Source: a bacterium (GTDB lineage: Bacteria; Patescibacteriota; Minisyncoccia; Minisyncoccales; JAUYFS01). From it: a stretch of 52,590 nucleotides of DNA. Under the pieces are notes generated by a model. That model ran no database searches. It saw only the letters and a program-made list of their open reading frames with translations, and was not told the DNA's origin. Location of the stretch: the NCBI GenBank assembly GCA_030689665.1, contig JAUYFS010000014.1:1-52590 (forward strand), written 5' to 3'. Each line of letters begins with the position of its first letter. The stretch's first letter is position 1. The position numbers were made by a program, and so were the translations under genes. Of this stretch, positions 41,264 to 50,144 are shown one piece after another.

Positions 41264-42604
41264 TTGGTAATTTTTAGAATCTAGAATATAAAAGGCTTTC
41301 TTTTTTTCATCATAGACGGCTTTTTTTATCGGTTTGTTAAAAACTTCAAATTGATTTATTTTCCCTTTGTTATCTGTTTCAATAAAGGTAATCTTATCCG
41401 GCTTTTGAATAAATAAGTGGTAAGGGTCAAACCAAAAAATATTTGAAACGTCTTTTTGTTTTATGATTTTATTTTTTTGTCCAGATTCTTTTATTGGCTG
41501 CTGATAGTCTTTTTCTAGATAAAAAAGGCTGATTTCGGGATTTTCTTTTTGGAAAATGGCGATTTTTTTGTTATCCGGAGCAGGGGAGATAAAACCTGAA
41601 TTTATTTCTATTTTTTCAAAAATATTTTTCTGGTCAAGCAGCCATAACGCATTGTTTTCTTGCACGAATATTTTATTGCTTTTTGCGATAATCTCGTAGA
41701 TTTTTTTGTCAGAAATGGATAATGGTTCTAAATTAAAAACCTTTTGCGTTTTACCATCTATACCAATTTTTTCCGCAAAACCTTCAATATCTAGACATAA
41801 AAAAGAGCCATTTTTCCAAATGCAGTCCTTGTTTTTTGTTTTTATCATTTCAGATGTCAGGTCTTCCAAGTTGTAAATTACCAAAACGCCGTTTGCGTCT
41901 AAATAGCTTATTTTATTTTCAGAAGCGAAGCCAACTATTTTTATGTTGGGATTAAGAATTAATTTGGATTTTTTATTTCCAATCTTTTCCAATAAATAAA
42001 ATCCTTTGTCGGAATTAATAATTATTTTTTCTTCATTCTCGTTCCAAAAAACCCCATTTATTTTTTTAAAAGAGGAATTAATATTGAAAAAAAATTCTGC
42101 TGACGCCGTCAGTTTTTTAGGATTTTCATCTATTTCATTCAAGTAAAAATTAGCGCCTTTTTCGTCATTTTTGAGAACAAGCATTTTTTTCAGGGAAGGA
42201 GAAGAATAAAAATCAATTACTTTTTGGTCAAGAATTAAAGAAGGAATTTCGTTTGGCAAAAGAATTACTTCTTTTACTTCAGTTACCATTTTTTCTTCAA
42301 CCAAAAGATTTTTACTCCACGACCCATAGCCGTCATTTTGGATTTCCAAAGAATAATTACCTGGCAGCAAGTTTTTTATAAAAAAAGAACCGCCTAAAAA
42401 ATCGGTAAAATTAACAAATTCTTCATTCAAAAAAACCTTAGCTTTTTTGGGTTGTGTTTTTACATAAATGCCGCCAGTTTGGACAAGTTTTTTATTCTGA
42501 AAATCAAATCTGTAGCCCAAAGAATAAAAAATTACAATTGGCGCAAAAATAAAAAACAAAACCAAAAATACGCAGAATATCAATTTTTTTGCCCCGGTTT
42601 TCAT
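41237..42604 (-). CDS. Membrane-anchored PEGA-domain protein with a large beta-rich extracytoplasmic region. It is the only minus-strand gene in the window.
   Basis: N-terminal TM (LIFCVFLVLFFIFAPIVIFYSL) and a PEGA-like segment (VKTQPKKAKVFLNEE...LLPGNYSLEIQNDGYGSWSK). Its 3' end overlaps the convergent nuclease gene by 27 nt. Confidence 0.65.
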   Translation of the reverse strand: MKTGAKKLIFCVFLVLFFIFAPIVIFYSLGYRFDFQNKKLVQTGGIYVKTQPKKAKVFLNEEFVNFTDFLGGSFFIKNLLPGNYSLEIQNDGYGSWSKNLLVEEKMVTEVKEVILLPNEIPSLILDQKVIDFYSSPSLKKMLVLKNDEKGANFYLNEIDENPKKLTASAEFFFNINSSFKKINGVFWNENEEKIIINSDKGFYLLEKIGNKKSKLILNPNIKIVGFASENKISYLDANGVLVIYNLEDLTSEMIKTKNKDCIWKNGSFLCLDIEGFAEKIGIDGKTQKVFNLEPLSISDKKIYEIIAKSNKIFVQENNALWLLDQKNIFEKIEINSGFISPAPDNKKIAIFQKENPEISLFYLEKDYQQPIKESGQKNKIIKQKDVSNIFWFDPYHLFIQKPDKITFIETDNKGKINQFEVFNKPIKKAVYDEKKKAFYILDSKNYQLLVLFFSF

Positions 42605-42648
42605 TATTTTTAGATTAACACAAGAGCCGGAAAAAGCAATTTTAAAAT

Positions 42649-42677
42649 TTGATAAAAACCATTGATTTTGGTAGAAT
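42649..42677 (+). promoter_or_regulatory. murA promoter (TTGATA-17-TAGAAT with extended TG). It predicts a leaderless or near-leaderless mRNA.
   Basis: TTGATA at 42649-42654, TGG-TAGAAT with the -10 at 42672-42677, and the murA ATG at 42685 with no SD between. Confidence 0.45.
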
Positions 42678-42684
42678 TTCGTTA

Positions 42685-43953
42685 ATGGAAGAAAAAGTTT
42701 TTATTATTCACGGTCAAAAGCCGCTTCGCGGAGAAGTTGAAATCAGCGGCTATAAAAACGCAGCTGGCCCGATTCTAGCCGCCACCTTATTAAGCGACGA
42801 AGATTTTATAATAAAAAACCTGCCCCTTGTTGAGGATATTTTGAATTTAATTGAAATTTTAGAAAAACTTGGCAGCAAAGTTGAATGGATCGGAAAAAAT
42901 TCAATTAAAATCAACAACAAAAACATTGATTTAAACAACATTGATTTTGAAAAAATTAAGCAAAGCAGAGTTTCAGTTCTTTTGATAGGTTCAATGCTCG
43001 CAAGGTTTGGAAATTTTAAAATAAGCAGGCCTGGAGGCGACAGAATCGGTCTTAGGCCAATAACAACCCATTTGGACGCTTTTAAAAAACTGGGAGTCAG
43101 ATTAGAAGAAGATAGCGATTATTATTATTTTTACGGAGATAAAATAAAACCAGAGACATTGATTTTGAAAGAATTCAGCGTTACTGCCACTGAAAATTTG
43201 ATGATGGCAGCTTCTTTATTGGAAGGAGAAACAACTATTAAAATGGCTGCGCTTGAGCCTCAAATTCAAGATTTGGGCGATTTTTTGATTAAAATGGGCG
43301 TTCAGATAAAAGGTTTAAAAATGCACACAATTAAAATAAAAGGCAATAAAAAATTAAAAGGGGTTGAACATGAGATAATTTCAGACCCAACCGAAGCAGC
43401 GACTTTTATCATAGCTGGATGTCTTACTCCGGGCGAGGTGGTTATAAAAAATTTGGTTTCCGAATATCTTGATTCAACGATTGATAAATTGAAAGAAATA
43501 GGGGTTAACATTGAGGAGATTGATGAAAAAAGTTTAATTGTCAGGTTTTCTCCGGACTTGCAGCCGGCAAAAGTTCAAGCGCTGCCGTTTCCCGGTTTTC
43601 CAACAGATGTTTTACCCTTAATTGCAACTCTTTTGACGCAAGCAAACGGAAAAAGTTTAATTCACGACCCTTTGTACGAAAACCGGCTAAATTATATCCA
43701 CGAACTTAGAAAAATGGGCGCTGATATAGAAATTGTTGACCCCCACAGAGCGTTTATTTTCGGAAAAACAAAACTAAAAGGCGTTGAAATCGGCAGCTGG
43801 GACATAAGAGCGGGCGCTTCGCTGGTTCTTGCCGCAATTTTGGCTGACGGTAAAACCACGATAAAAGACATTTTTCAGATTGACAGAGGATATGAAAAAA
43901 TTGACGAGAAATTAAAAAAATTAGGAGCTGATATAGAAAGAATCAGCCAATAA
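42685..43953 (+). CDS. murA: UDP-N-acetylglucosamine 1-carboxyvinyltransferase (Asp variant at the fosfomycin-target Cys position)
   Basis: RGEVEISGYKNAAGPILAATLL, and RPGGDRIGLRP (Asp codon GAC at 43039-43041, where E. coli has Cys115). ATG 42685 is preferred over TTG 42649. Confidence 0.93.
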   Translation: MEEKVFIIHGQKPLRGEVEISGYKNAAGPILAATLLSDEDFIIKNLPLVEDILNLIEILEKLGSKVEWIGKNSIKINNKNIDLNNIDFEKIKQSRVSVLLIGSMLARFGNFKISRPGGDRIGLRPITTHLDAFKKLGVRLEEDSDYYYFYGDKIKPETLILKEFSVTATENLMMAASLLEGETTIKMAALEPQIQDLGDFLIKMGVQIKGLKMHTIKIKGNKKLKGVEHEIISDPTEAATFIIAGCLTPGEVVIKNLVSEYLDSTIDKLKEIGVNIEEIDEKSLIVRFSPDLQPAKVQALPFPGFPTDVLPLIATLLTQANGKSLIHDPLYENRLNYIHELRKMGADIEIVDPHRAFIFGKTKLKGVEIGSWDIRAGASLVLAAILADGKTTIKDIFQIDRGYEKIDEKLKKLGADIERISQ

Positions 43954-44001
43954 ATTCACCCTCCAAAATTTTTCTGCGAAAAACTTAGGAGGGTAAAAAA
44001 A
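43949..44001 (+). repeat. Anti-SD/SD palindromic element, short form (copy E), between murA and mreB
   Basis: 53/53 identical to 12421-12473. It overlaps the murA TAA and ends 1 nt before ATG 44003. Confidence 0.85.
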
Positions 44002-44002
44002 C

Positions 44003-45013
44003 ATGTTTTCCAAAAAAATAGGCATAGATTTGGGCACAAGCAAAAGCGTGGTTGTGGTAAATAAAAAGGGAATAGTTTTAAACGAACCCTCGGTTGTTGC
44101 CGTTTCCCTTAATGAAAATAGGGTTTTGGCAGTGGGAGAAGAAGCCAAACAAATGATTGGCAAAACTCCGGAAAACATTGTTGTTTATAGGCCGATGAAA
44201 GAGGGCGTTATCGCTGATTACAGGGTTACCCAAGCAATGCTTAAATATTTTATTCGGAAAGCGTTGGGCAGGTTTGATTTTTTCAAGCCCGAAGTTTTGG
44301 TGGCTATTCCCGATGGAGCCACTTCTACTGAAAAAAGGGCTGTTGTGGAAGCTGGTTTAAGCGCTGGCGCCAAGGCGGTTTATCCGGTAAAATCGTCAAT
44401 TTTGGCTGCCATTGGCGCTGATTTGCCGATTTATTCATGCGCTGGCCATATGATTATTGATATTGGCGGCGGGACAACTGAAATCGCCGTTATATCTTTA
44501 GGCGGAATTGTTTTTTCAAAATCAGTCAAAGTCGGGGGAGACAAGCTGGACTCAGCGATTATGAATTACATAAAAGAAAAAAATAATTTGGCGATAGGAG
44601 AACAAACCGCGGAACTTATAAAGAAAAAAATCGGGAGCGCGATTCCAAGCAGAAAAAAAGAAGAGTTTTTGGAAATAAAAGGCAGAGATTTGGTTTCAGG
44701 ATTGCCGCGCAACATTAAAATAGACGCTAACAGCGTTTGCGAGGCGATACAAGAACCGCTGGCAGAGATAATCCAGCATATCAAAATGGTTTTAAAAAGA
44801 ATTCCTCCGGAATTGTCAGCGGACATTATTGATAAAGGAATGGTTTTGGCTGGCGGCAGTTCTAATTTAAGAAACCTTGAAAAACTAATCACAAAAACAA
44901 CCGGAGTTCCGTCAATAAAAGCCAAAGATGCAGGGCTTTGCGTTACCAGAGGAGTGGAAAGAGTTTTGCCCAATCTTGATATTTACAAGAAAAGTTTATT
45001 AATTAAGGTTTGA
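44003..45013 (+). CDS. mreB: Rod-shape/actin-like protein MreB (paralog 1)
   Basis: IGIDLGTSKSVV, DIGGGTTEIAVISLGGIV, and VLAGGSSNLRNL. Confidence 0.9.
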   Translation: MFSKKIGIDLGTSKSVVVVNKKGIVLNEPSVVAVSLNENRVLAVGEEAKQMIGKTPENIVVYRPMKEGVIADYRVTQAMLKYFIRKALGRFDFFKPEVLVAIPDGATSTEKRAVVEAGLSAGAKAVYPVKSSILAAIGADLPIYSCAGHMIIDIGGGTTEIAVISLGGIVFSKSVKVGGDKLDSAIMNYIKEKNNLAIGEQTAELIKKKIGSAIPSRKKEEFLEIKGRDLVSGLPRNIKIDANSVCEAIQEPLAEIIQHIKMVLKRIPPELSADIIDKGMVLAGGSSNLRNLEKLITKTTGVPSIKAKDAGLCVTRGVERVLPNLDIYKKSLLIKV

Positions 45014-45792
45014 AAATGTTTAAATACGACCGACAAAACAAATTTTTAGTTGAAAGTTTTAAAAGCAATAAATTGGCCCATTCCTATATTTTGGTTGGGC
45101 CAAAAAGCGTTGATAAAAAAGAATTTGCCGTTAATTTTGTTAAATTTGCCAATTGCCAAAACCCAAGCCAATTTTTTCCTTGCGACAAGTGCGATAATTG
45201 TTTGAAAATAAATAAAGGAAGTTTCATTGATTTTAAAATAATTGAAGAAGACCTTTCCATCGCCAAAATGAGGGAATTGAAAAATGAGTTGATTTTTCCT
45301 CCCTACCAAGCGGATTTAAGGTTTTTAATCATAAACAACGCAGAACAAATAAAAGAAGACGCTGCCAGCGTTTTGCTTAAAACCTTGGAAGAACCAAGAA
45401 AAAGGAATGTCTTTTTTCTTTTGGCGAACAGCGTTTATCAGGTTTTGCCAACCATAAAATCGCGTTGCCAAATTTTGAAATTCAACCCGTTTTTAAAAGA
45501 AGCCAAGGAAAAAGAGGAATTTATTTTTGGCGATTTTTTGTCAAAATTAAAAAGCAAAACAATAATAGAAAAATTCAGTTTTGTTAAAAATTTGGAAGAA
45601 GAAAAATATTTTTCGTTTTTAGAAGAAGCGATAAAGTTTTTTCAAGGCAAAGTCCGCGATGATTCATTTCGCGATTATTCAAAAAAAGAATTGGTTATTA
45701 TTTTGAAAAATTTCAAAAAAGCCCATTCTTTAATCAATAAAACCAACGCCAACCAAAGATTGGCCCTGGAAAACACCCTGCTCAATACTTAA
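45010..45792 (+). CDS. holB: DNA polymerase III delta-prime subunit
   Basis: LAHSYILVGPKSVDKKEFA, the zinc module C..CDKCDNC, LKTLEEP, and TIKSRCQ. Confidence 0.85.
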   Translation: MKMFKYDRQNKFLVESFKSNKLAHSYILVGPKSVDKKEFAVNFVKFANCQNPSQFFPCDKCDNCLKINKGSFIDFKIIEEDLSIAKMRELKNELIFPPYQADLRFLIINNAEQIKEDAASVLLKTLEEPRKRNVFFLLANSVYQVLPTIKSRCQILKFNPFLKEAKEKEEFIFGDFLSKLKSKTIIEKFSFVKNLEEEKYFSFLEEAIKFFQGKVRDDSFRDYSKKELVIILKNFKKAHSLINKTNANQRLALENTLLNT

Positions 45793-45832
45793 TACCTTAT
45801 ACTAAATACTTATAATAATTAACACCAAAACC

Positions 45833-46390
45833 ATGGATTACAAAGAAATCATTAAAAAAATTGAGCCAGAAATGGAAAAAGCGGTTGTTTTTTTTAACGA
45901 GGAAACAAAAAAAATAAGAACAGGAAAAGCAATGCCGTCTTTAATTGAAAATATAAGGGTGGATTATATGGGCACAAAATTGGCCATAAAACAATTGGCG
46001 GCAATTACTATTGGCGGAGCCAGAGAATTGCTGGTTCAGCCATGGGACAAAGAAAGCGCAATGGCCATAGAAAACAGCTTTAAAGACAATGAATTTGGGC
46101 TGAGAGCGACAATCAGCAATGACTTGATAAGAGTTATTTTCCCGGAAGTAACAGAGGAAAACAGGCAAAATCTTATAAAAATTGTTCATCAAAAAGCTGA
46201 GGAAACAAGAAAAAAAATAAGGCATTTTAGGGAACAATCTTGGACAGATATCCAGAAAAAAGAAAGGGACGGCGAAATAAGAGAAGATGATAAATTCAGG
46301 GCAAAAGACAAGCTTCAAGAACTTATAGACAAATTTAATGAAAAAGTTGATGAAATCGTTGAAAAAAAAGAAAAGGAGATTTCAATTTAA
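45833..46390 (+). CDS. frr: Ribosome recycling factor
   Basis: IRTGKAMPSLIENIRVDYMGTKLAIKQLA...LRATISNDLIRVIFPEVTEE. Confidence 0.95.
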   Translation: MDYKEIIKKIEPEMEKAVVFFNEETKKIRTGKAMPSLIENIRVDYMGTKLAIKQLAAITIGGARELLVQPWDKESAMAIENSFKDNEFGLRATISNDLIRVIFPEVTEENRQNLIKIVHQKAEETRKKIRHFREQSWTDIQKKERDGEIREDDKFRAKDKLQELIDKFNEKVDEIVEKKEKEISI

Positions 46391-46398
46391 AAAACAAA

Positions 46399-47511
46399 AT
46401 GGTTATTAATATTTTAATTATTTTATTCAGCATTATCGCGCTTATAATTATCCATGAACTTGGACATTTCGTTGTTTCCAAAAAAATCGGAGTTAGGGTA
46501 GATGAATTTGGAATTGGTTATCCGCCGCGAATATGGGGCAAAAAAATCGGAGAAACAATTTATTCAATAAATTTAATTCCTTTTGGCGGTTTTGTAAGAA
46601 TTTTTGGCGAGGAAGGGGAGACATCGGAAATTGACAAGCAACGAAATTTTGCTTTTAGGCCATATTGGCAAAAAATTGCCGTTATTGTTGCCGGGGTTTT
46701 GGCTTTTTGGATAATCAGTTGGCCTTTGTTTTCCGCAGCTCTTTTTTTGGGAAGCCCGGTTTCCGTGGGCGATGAGGAAATGGCGGAAAACGCTGAGGTC
46801 AGAGTTTTGGATATTTCAAAAGATTCACCAGCTGAATTAGCTGGTTTTAAAACAGGAGACATTATAAGAAAAGTTGTTTATTTTGATCAAGAGAGCGGTT
46901 TAACCAAAACAACAGAGGTTTCGCGCGTAGACCAATTTGTGGAAATAATAAACAGCCAAAAATCAAAAAAAATAAACCTGGTTTTGGAAGATAAAAAAGG
47001 TGAATTTGAAAAAGAAATTATTCCGCGGGAAAATCCTCCAAAGGGGCAAGGAGCTTTGGGGGTTGGTTTGGTTAGGGTTTTTGACAAAAAATATTCTGCT
47101 CCGGAAGCGGTTATCGGAGGATTTGAAAGGGTGTTTTTTTCCACCAAATCGGTTATTTATTCTTTTGGGATTTTAATAAAATCAACCTATGACAAAGAAT
47201 TAAAAACTAAGATGAATTTGCAGGTGGTCGGGCCCATTGGCGTTGGCGTTATGCTCAATCAAAGCCTTAATTGGGGTCCGGGATTTTATTTAAATCTTAT
47301 CGGTTTTATCGCTGTTTATCTGGCGATTTTCAATATTTTGCCGATTCCCGCCACTGACGGCGGCCAGCTGCTTTTTTTGACCATTGAAAAAATATACGGC
47401 AAGGCATTTAATAAAGAAAAACAGAATTTAATCAATTCTTTGTTTTTTGCGCTGTTGATTGTTATTATGATTATAATTACAATTAGCGACGTTCAAAGAT
47501 ACATTTTTTAA
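46399..47511 (+). CDS. rseP: RIP site-2 metalloprotease RseP family
   Basis: HELGH, a PDZ segment (DSPAELAGFKTGDII), and NILPIPATDGG. Confidence 0.9.
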   Translation: MVINILIILFSIIALIIIHELGHFVVSKKIGVRVDEFGIGYPPRIWGKKIGETIYSINLIPFGGFVRIFGEEGETSEIDKQRNFAFRPYWQKIAVIVAGVLAFWIISWPLFSAALFLGSPVSVGDEEMAENAEVRVLDISKDSPAELAGFKTGDIIRKVVYFDQESGLTKTTEVSRVDQFVEIINSQKSKKINLVLEDKKGEFEKEIIPRENPPKGQGALGVGLVRVFDKKYSAPEAVIGGFERVFFSTKSVIYSFGILIKSTYDKELKTKMNLQVVGPIGVGVMLNQSLNWGPGFYLNLIGFIAVYLAIFNILPIPATDGGQLLFLTIEKIYGKAFNKEKQNLINSLFFALLIVIMIIITISDVQRYIF

Positions 47512-47515
47512 AAAT

Positions 47516-48760
47516 ATGCTTCAATCAAAAATTTTCAGCAAAACCCTAAAAAACGCGCCGAGCGATGAAAAAAGCCAAAACGCGATTTTACTGATTCGCG
47601 CCGGTTTTATTGATAAATTATCAGCCGGAATTTATTCTTATCTTCCGCTCGGTTTAAAGGTTATTAAAAAAATTGAAAATATAATCAGGGAAGAAATGGA
47701 AAAAATCGGAGCTCAGGAAATTTTAATGCCAGCCCTGCATTCAAAGGAAAATTGGGAGAAAACAGGGAGATGGGGAATCAAGGAAATGTTTAAGGTTGAG
47801 GATAAATACGGGCTGGGCTGGACTCATGAAGAAATAATCACGCCCTTAATGAAAAATTTTATCAACAATGTCAGTAAATTAAATGATTTGGCGGTTTATC
47901 AGATACAGACAAAATTTAGGAACGAACCAAGGGCAAAATCAGGTATTTTGAGGACCAAAGAATTTATAATGAAGGACTTATATTCTTTTCACTGCGAGGG
48001 TTCTGATTCTTTGGAAAATTATTACGAAAAAATAAAAAATGTTTACTGGGATATTTTTGAAAGATTAAAAATTAAGGAAAAAACTTATTTAACCTTGGCG
48101 TCCGGGGGCAGTTTTTCCAAAGAATCGCACGAGTTTCAGACAGTCACTCCGGCAGGAGAGGATTTAATTTATGTTTGCGAAAATTGCGGAGCTGCTATCA
48201 ATGAAGAAATAAAGGGCAATCATAATGAATGCCCGCGTTGCGGCGAGAAACGATTCAAAGAAGAAAAAGCCATAGAAGTCGGAAATATTTTCCAATTGCA
48301 TCGCAAATATTCGGAAGTTTTCGGATTGGTGGACAGTGACGGAAAACCGATTGAAATGGGTTGTTATGGAATGGGAGTAAGCAGAGTAATGGGTGCTATT
48401 GCTGAAATTCATAATGATGAAAAAGGTTTAATTTGGCCCACATCAGTCGCTCCTTTTGTTTTTCATATTTTAGCGCTGGATTCAAGCGAAGAGATTAAAA
48501 AATCAGCCCAAAAAATATATAATGAACTGAGTTTAATTAAAAAAGAAGCTTTATTTGACGACAGGGAAAATAAATCAGCCGGAGAAAAATTAGTTGACAG
48601 CGACTTGCTGGGCATTCCTTATAAAATAATAGTAAGCAAAAGAAATATGGAAAAAGGCGTGGTTGAAATAAAAGACAGGCAAAAAGGAACGGTTAAATTT
48701 TTAAAACCAATGGAACTGAACAAATTTTACAAATCAAAAATATGTTTAAAAAATTATTAG
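47516..48760 (+). CDS. proS: Prolyl-tRNA synthetase, short form. The INS editing domain is replaced by a 4-Cys zinc-ribbon-like insert.
   Basis: MLQSKIFSKTLKNAPSDEKSQNAILLIRAGFI, motif 2 FRNEPRAKSGILRTKEFIMKD, and motif 3 GCYGMGVSRV. CENC...CPRC lies at nt 48176-48241. Confidence 0.9.
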   Translation: MLQSKIFSKTLKNAPSDEKSQNAILLIRAGFIDKLSAGIYSYLPLGLKVIKKIENIIREEMEKIGAQEILMPALHSKENWEKTGRWGIKEMFKVEDKYGLGWTHEEIITPLMKNFINNVSKLNDLAVYQIQTKFRNEPRAKSGILRTKEFIMKDLYSFHCEGSDSLENYYEKIKNVYWDIFERLKIKEKTYLTLASGGSFSKESHEFQTVTPAGEDLIYVCENCGAAINEEIKGNHNECPRCGEKRFKEEKAIEVGNIFQLHRKYSEVFGLVDSDGKPIEMGCYGMGVSRVMGAIAEIHNDEKGLIWPTSVAPFVFHILALDSSEEIKKSAQKIYNELSLIKKEALFDDRENKSAGEKLVDSDLLGIPYKIIVSKRNMEKGVVEIKDRQKGTVKFLKPMELNKFYKSKICLKNY

Positions 48761-49797
48761 CGCTATTTTCAAAAGACATTGCCATTGATTTAGGAACAGC
48801 CAATTCTTTGGTTTATGTCAAAGGCGAAGGAATTGTTATTTCAGAGCCCTCGGTTGTTGCAGTTAATCAAAAAACAGGACAAATTTTGGCAATTGGCAAC
48901 GAGGCAAAAAGAATGGTTGGAAGAACGCCAGCTCATGTTGTGGCGACCAGACCCTTGGCCCACGGCGTTGTTTTTGATTTTGAGGCGACTGAACAAATTT
49001 TGAGGTTTTTTATTGAAGAGGTTCACAAAAAAAGCATTTTTCCGATTTTTCATCCAAGGGTTATTGTCGGAATTCCTTCAGCTATCACCGAAGTTGAAAG
49101 AAAGGCGGTTTCTGACGCAACCAAATATGCCGGAGCAAGGGAGGTTTTTTTAATTGAACAGCCAATGGCTTCGGCAATCGGGGCGCGGCTGCAAATTCAG
49201 GAACCAGGGGGAAATTTTATTGTTGATATTGGCGGCGGAACAACAGATATTGCGGTTATTTCTTTGGGCGGAATTGTTGTTGATAGAAGCTTAAAAATAG
49301 CCGGCGACAAACTGAACCAGGACATAATTGATTATGTTCAGGAGGAATACAAGCTTTTAATTGGAGAAAGGACAGCAGAGGAAATAAAAATAAATATCGG
49401 TTCAGTATTGCCTTTGAAAGAAAAAAAAGAAGCGCCAATAAGGGGCAGGAATTTAATAACCGGTTTGCCTGAGGAAATTATTTTAACCAACGAGGACATT
49501 AGAACAGCCATAGAAAAATCAGTAAAACAAATTATTGAGGCGGTAAAAACAACGATTGAAGAAACGCCGCCAGAACTTATTTCTGACATTATGAAAAAGG
49601 GCATTTTTTTGACCGGCGGCGGAGCTTTGTTAAGGGGTTTGGACCAGTTGATTTCCAAAGAAACAAAAATGCCGGTTAAATTGGTGGAAGACCCGCTTAC
49701 TGCGGTTGTCCGAGGAGCGGGCGTGGTTTTGGAAAATCTGGACGAACTCAAAGAGGTTTTGGTGGACATGGATTATGGCGATGTTCCTCAAATTTAA
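48742..49797 (+). CDS. mreB: Rod-shape/actin-like protein MreB (paralog 2)
   Basis: FSKDIAIDLGTANSLV, DIGGGTTDIAVISLGGIV, and FLTGGGALLRGL. 19-nt overlap with proS. Confidence 0.92.
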   Translation: MFKKLLALFSKDIAIDLGTANSLVYVKGEGIVISEPSVVAVNQKTGQILAIGNEAKRMVGRTPAHVVATRPLAHGVVFDFEATEQILRFFIEEVHKKSIFPIFHPRVIVGIPSAITEVERKAVSDATKYAGAREVFLIEQPMASAIGARLQIQEPGGNFIVDIGGGTTDIAVISLGGIVVDRSLKIAGDKLNQDIIDYVQEEYKLLIGERTAEEIKINIGSVLPLKEKKEAPIRGRNLITGLPEEIILTNEDIRTAIEKSVKQIIEAVKTTIEETPPELISDIMKKGIFLTGGGALLRGLDQLISKETKMPVKLVEDPLTAVVRGAGVVLENLDELKEVLVDMDYGDVPQI

Positions 49798-49845
49798 ATT
49801 CACCCTCCCAAATTTTTCGCAGGAAAACTTGGGATGGTAAACAAA
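49797..49845 (+). repeat. Anti-SD/SD palindromic element, short form (copy F, right arm decayed), between mreB2 and gatC
   Basis: AAATTCACCCTCCCAAATTTTTCGCAGGAAAACTTGGGATGGTAAAC. It overlaps the mreB2 TAA and ends 2 nt before ATG 49848. Confidence 0.75.
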
Positions 49846-49847
49846 AT

Positions 49848-50144
49848 ATGGATTTTAAAAAAGAAATTGAAAAAATAAGCGTTTTGGCAAGAATAGAATT
49901 GAGCGAAAAAGACAAAACAAAATTCTCAAAAGAACTGAATAAAATTTTGGACCATTTCAACATTCTTCAAAAAGCTGATGTCAAAGGAATTCAGCCGTTT
50001 TTAACTCATTCTGAATCACGAAATGTTTTTAGAAATGATGAGGCAAAAACTTGTTTTGGCAAAGAAATTTTAAAAGATGATTTTTTAGACAAACAGGGAA
50101 ATTATTTGAAAATTAAATCAGTCAAAAAAGAATGGGAATTATAG
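49848..50144 (+). CDS. gatC: Asp/Glu-tRNA amidotransferase subunit C
   Basis: IEKISVLARIELSEKDKTKFSKELNKILDHF; position upstream of gatA. Confidence 0.9.
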   Translation: MDFKKEIEKISVLARIELSEKDKTKFSKELNKILDHFNILQKADVKGIQPFLTHSESRNVFRNDEAKTCFGKEILKDDFLDKQGNYLKIKSVKKEWEL

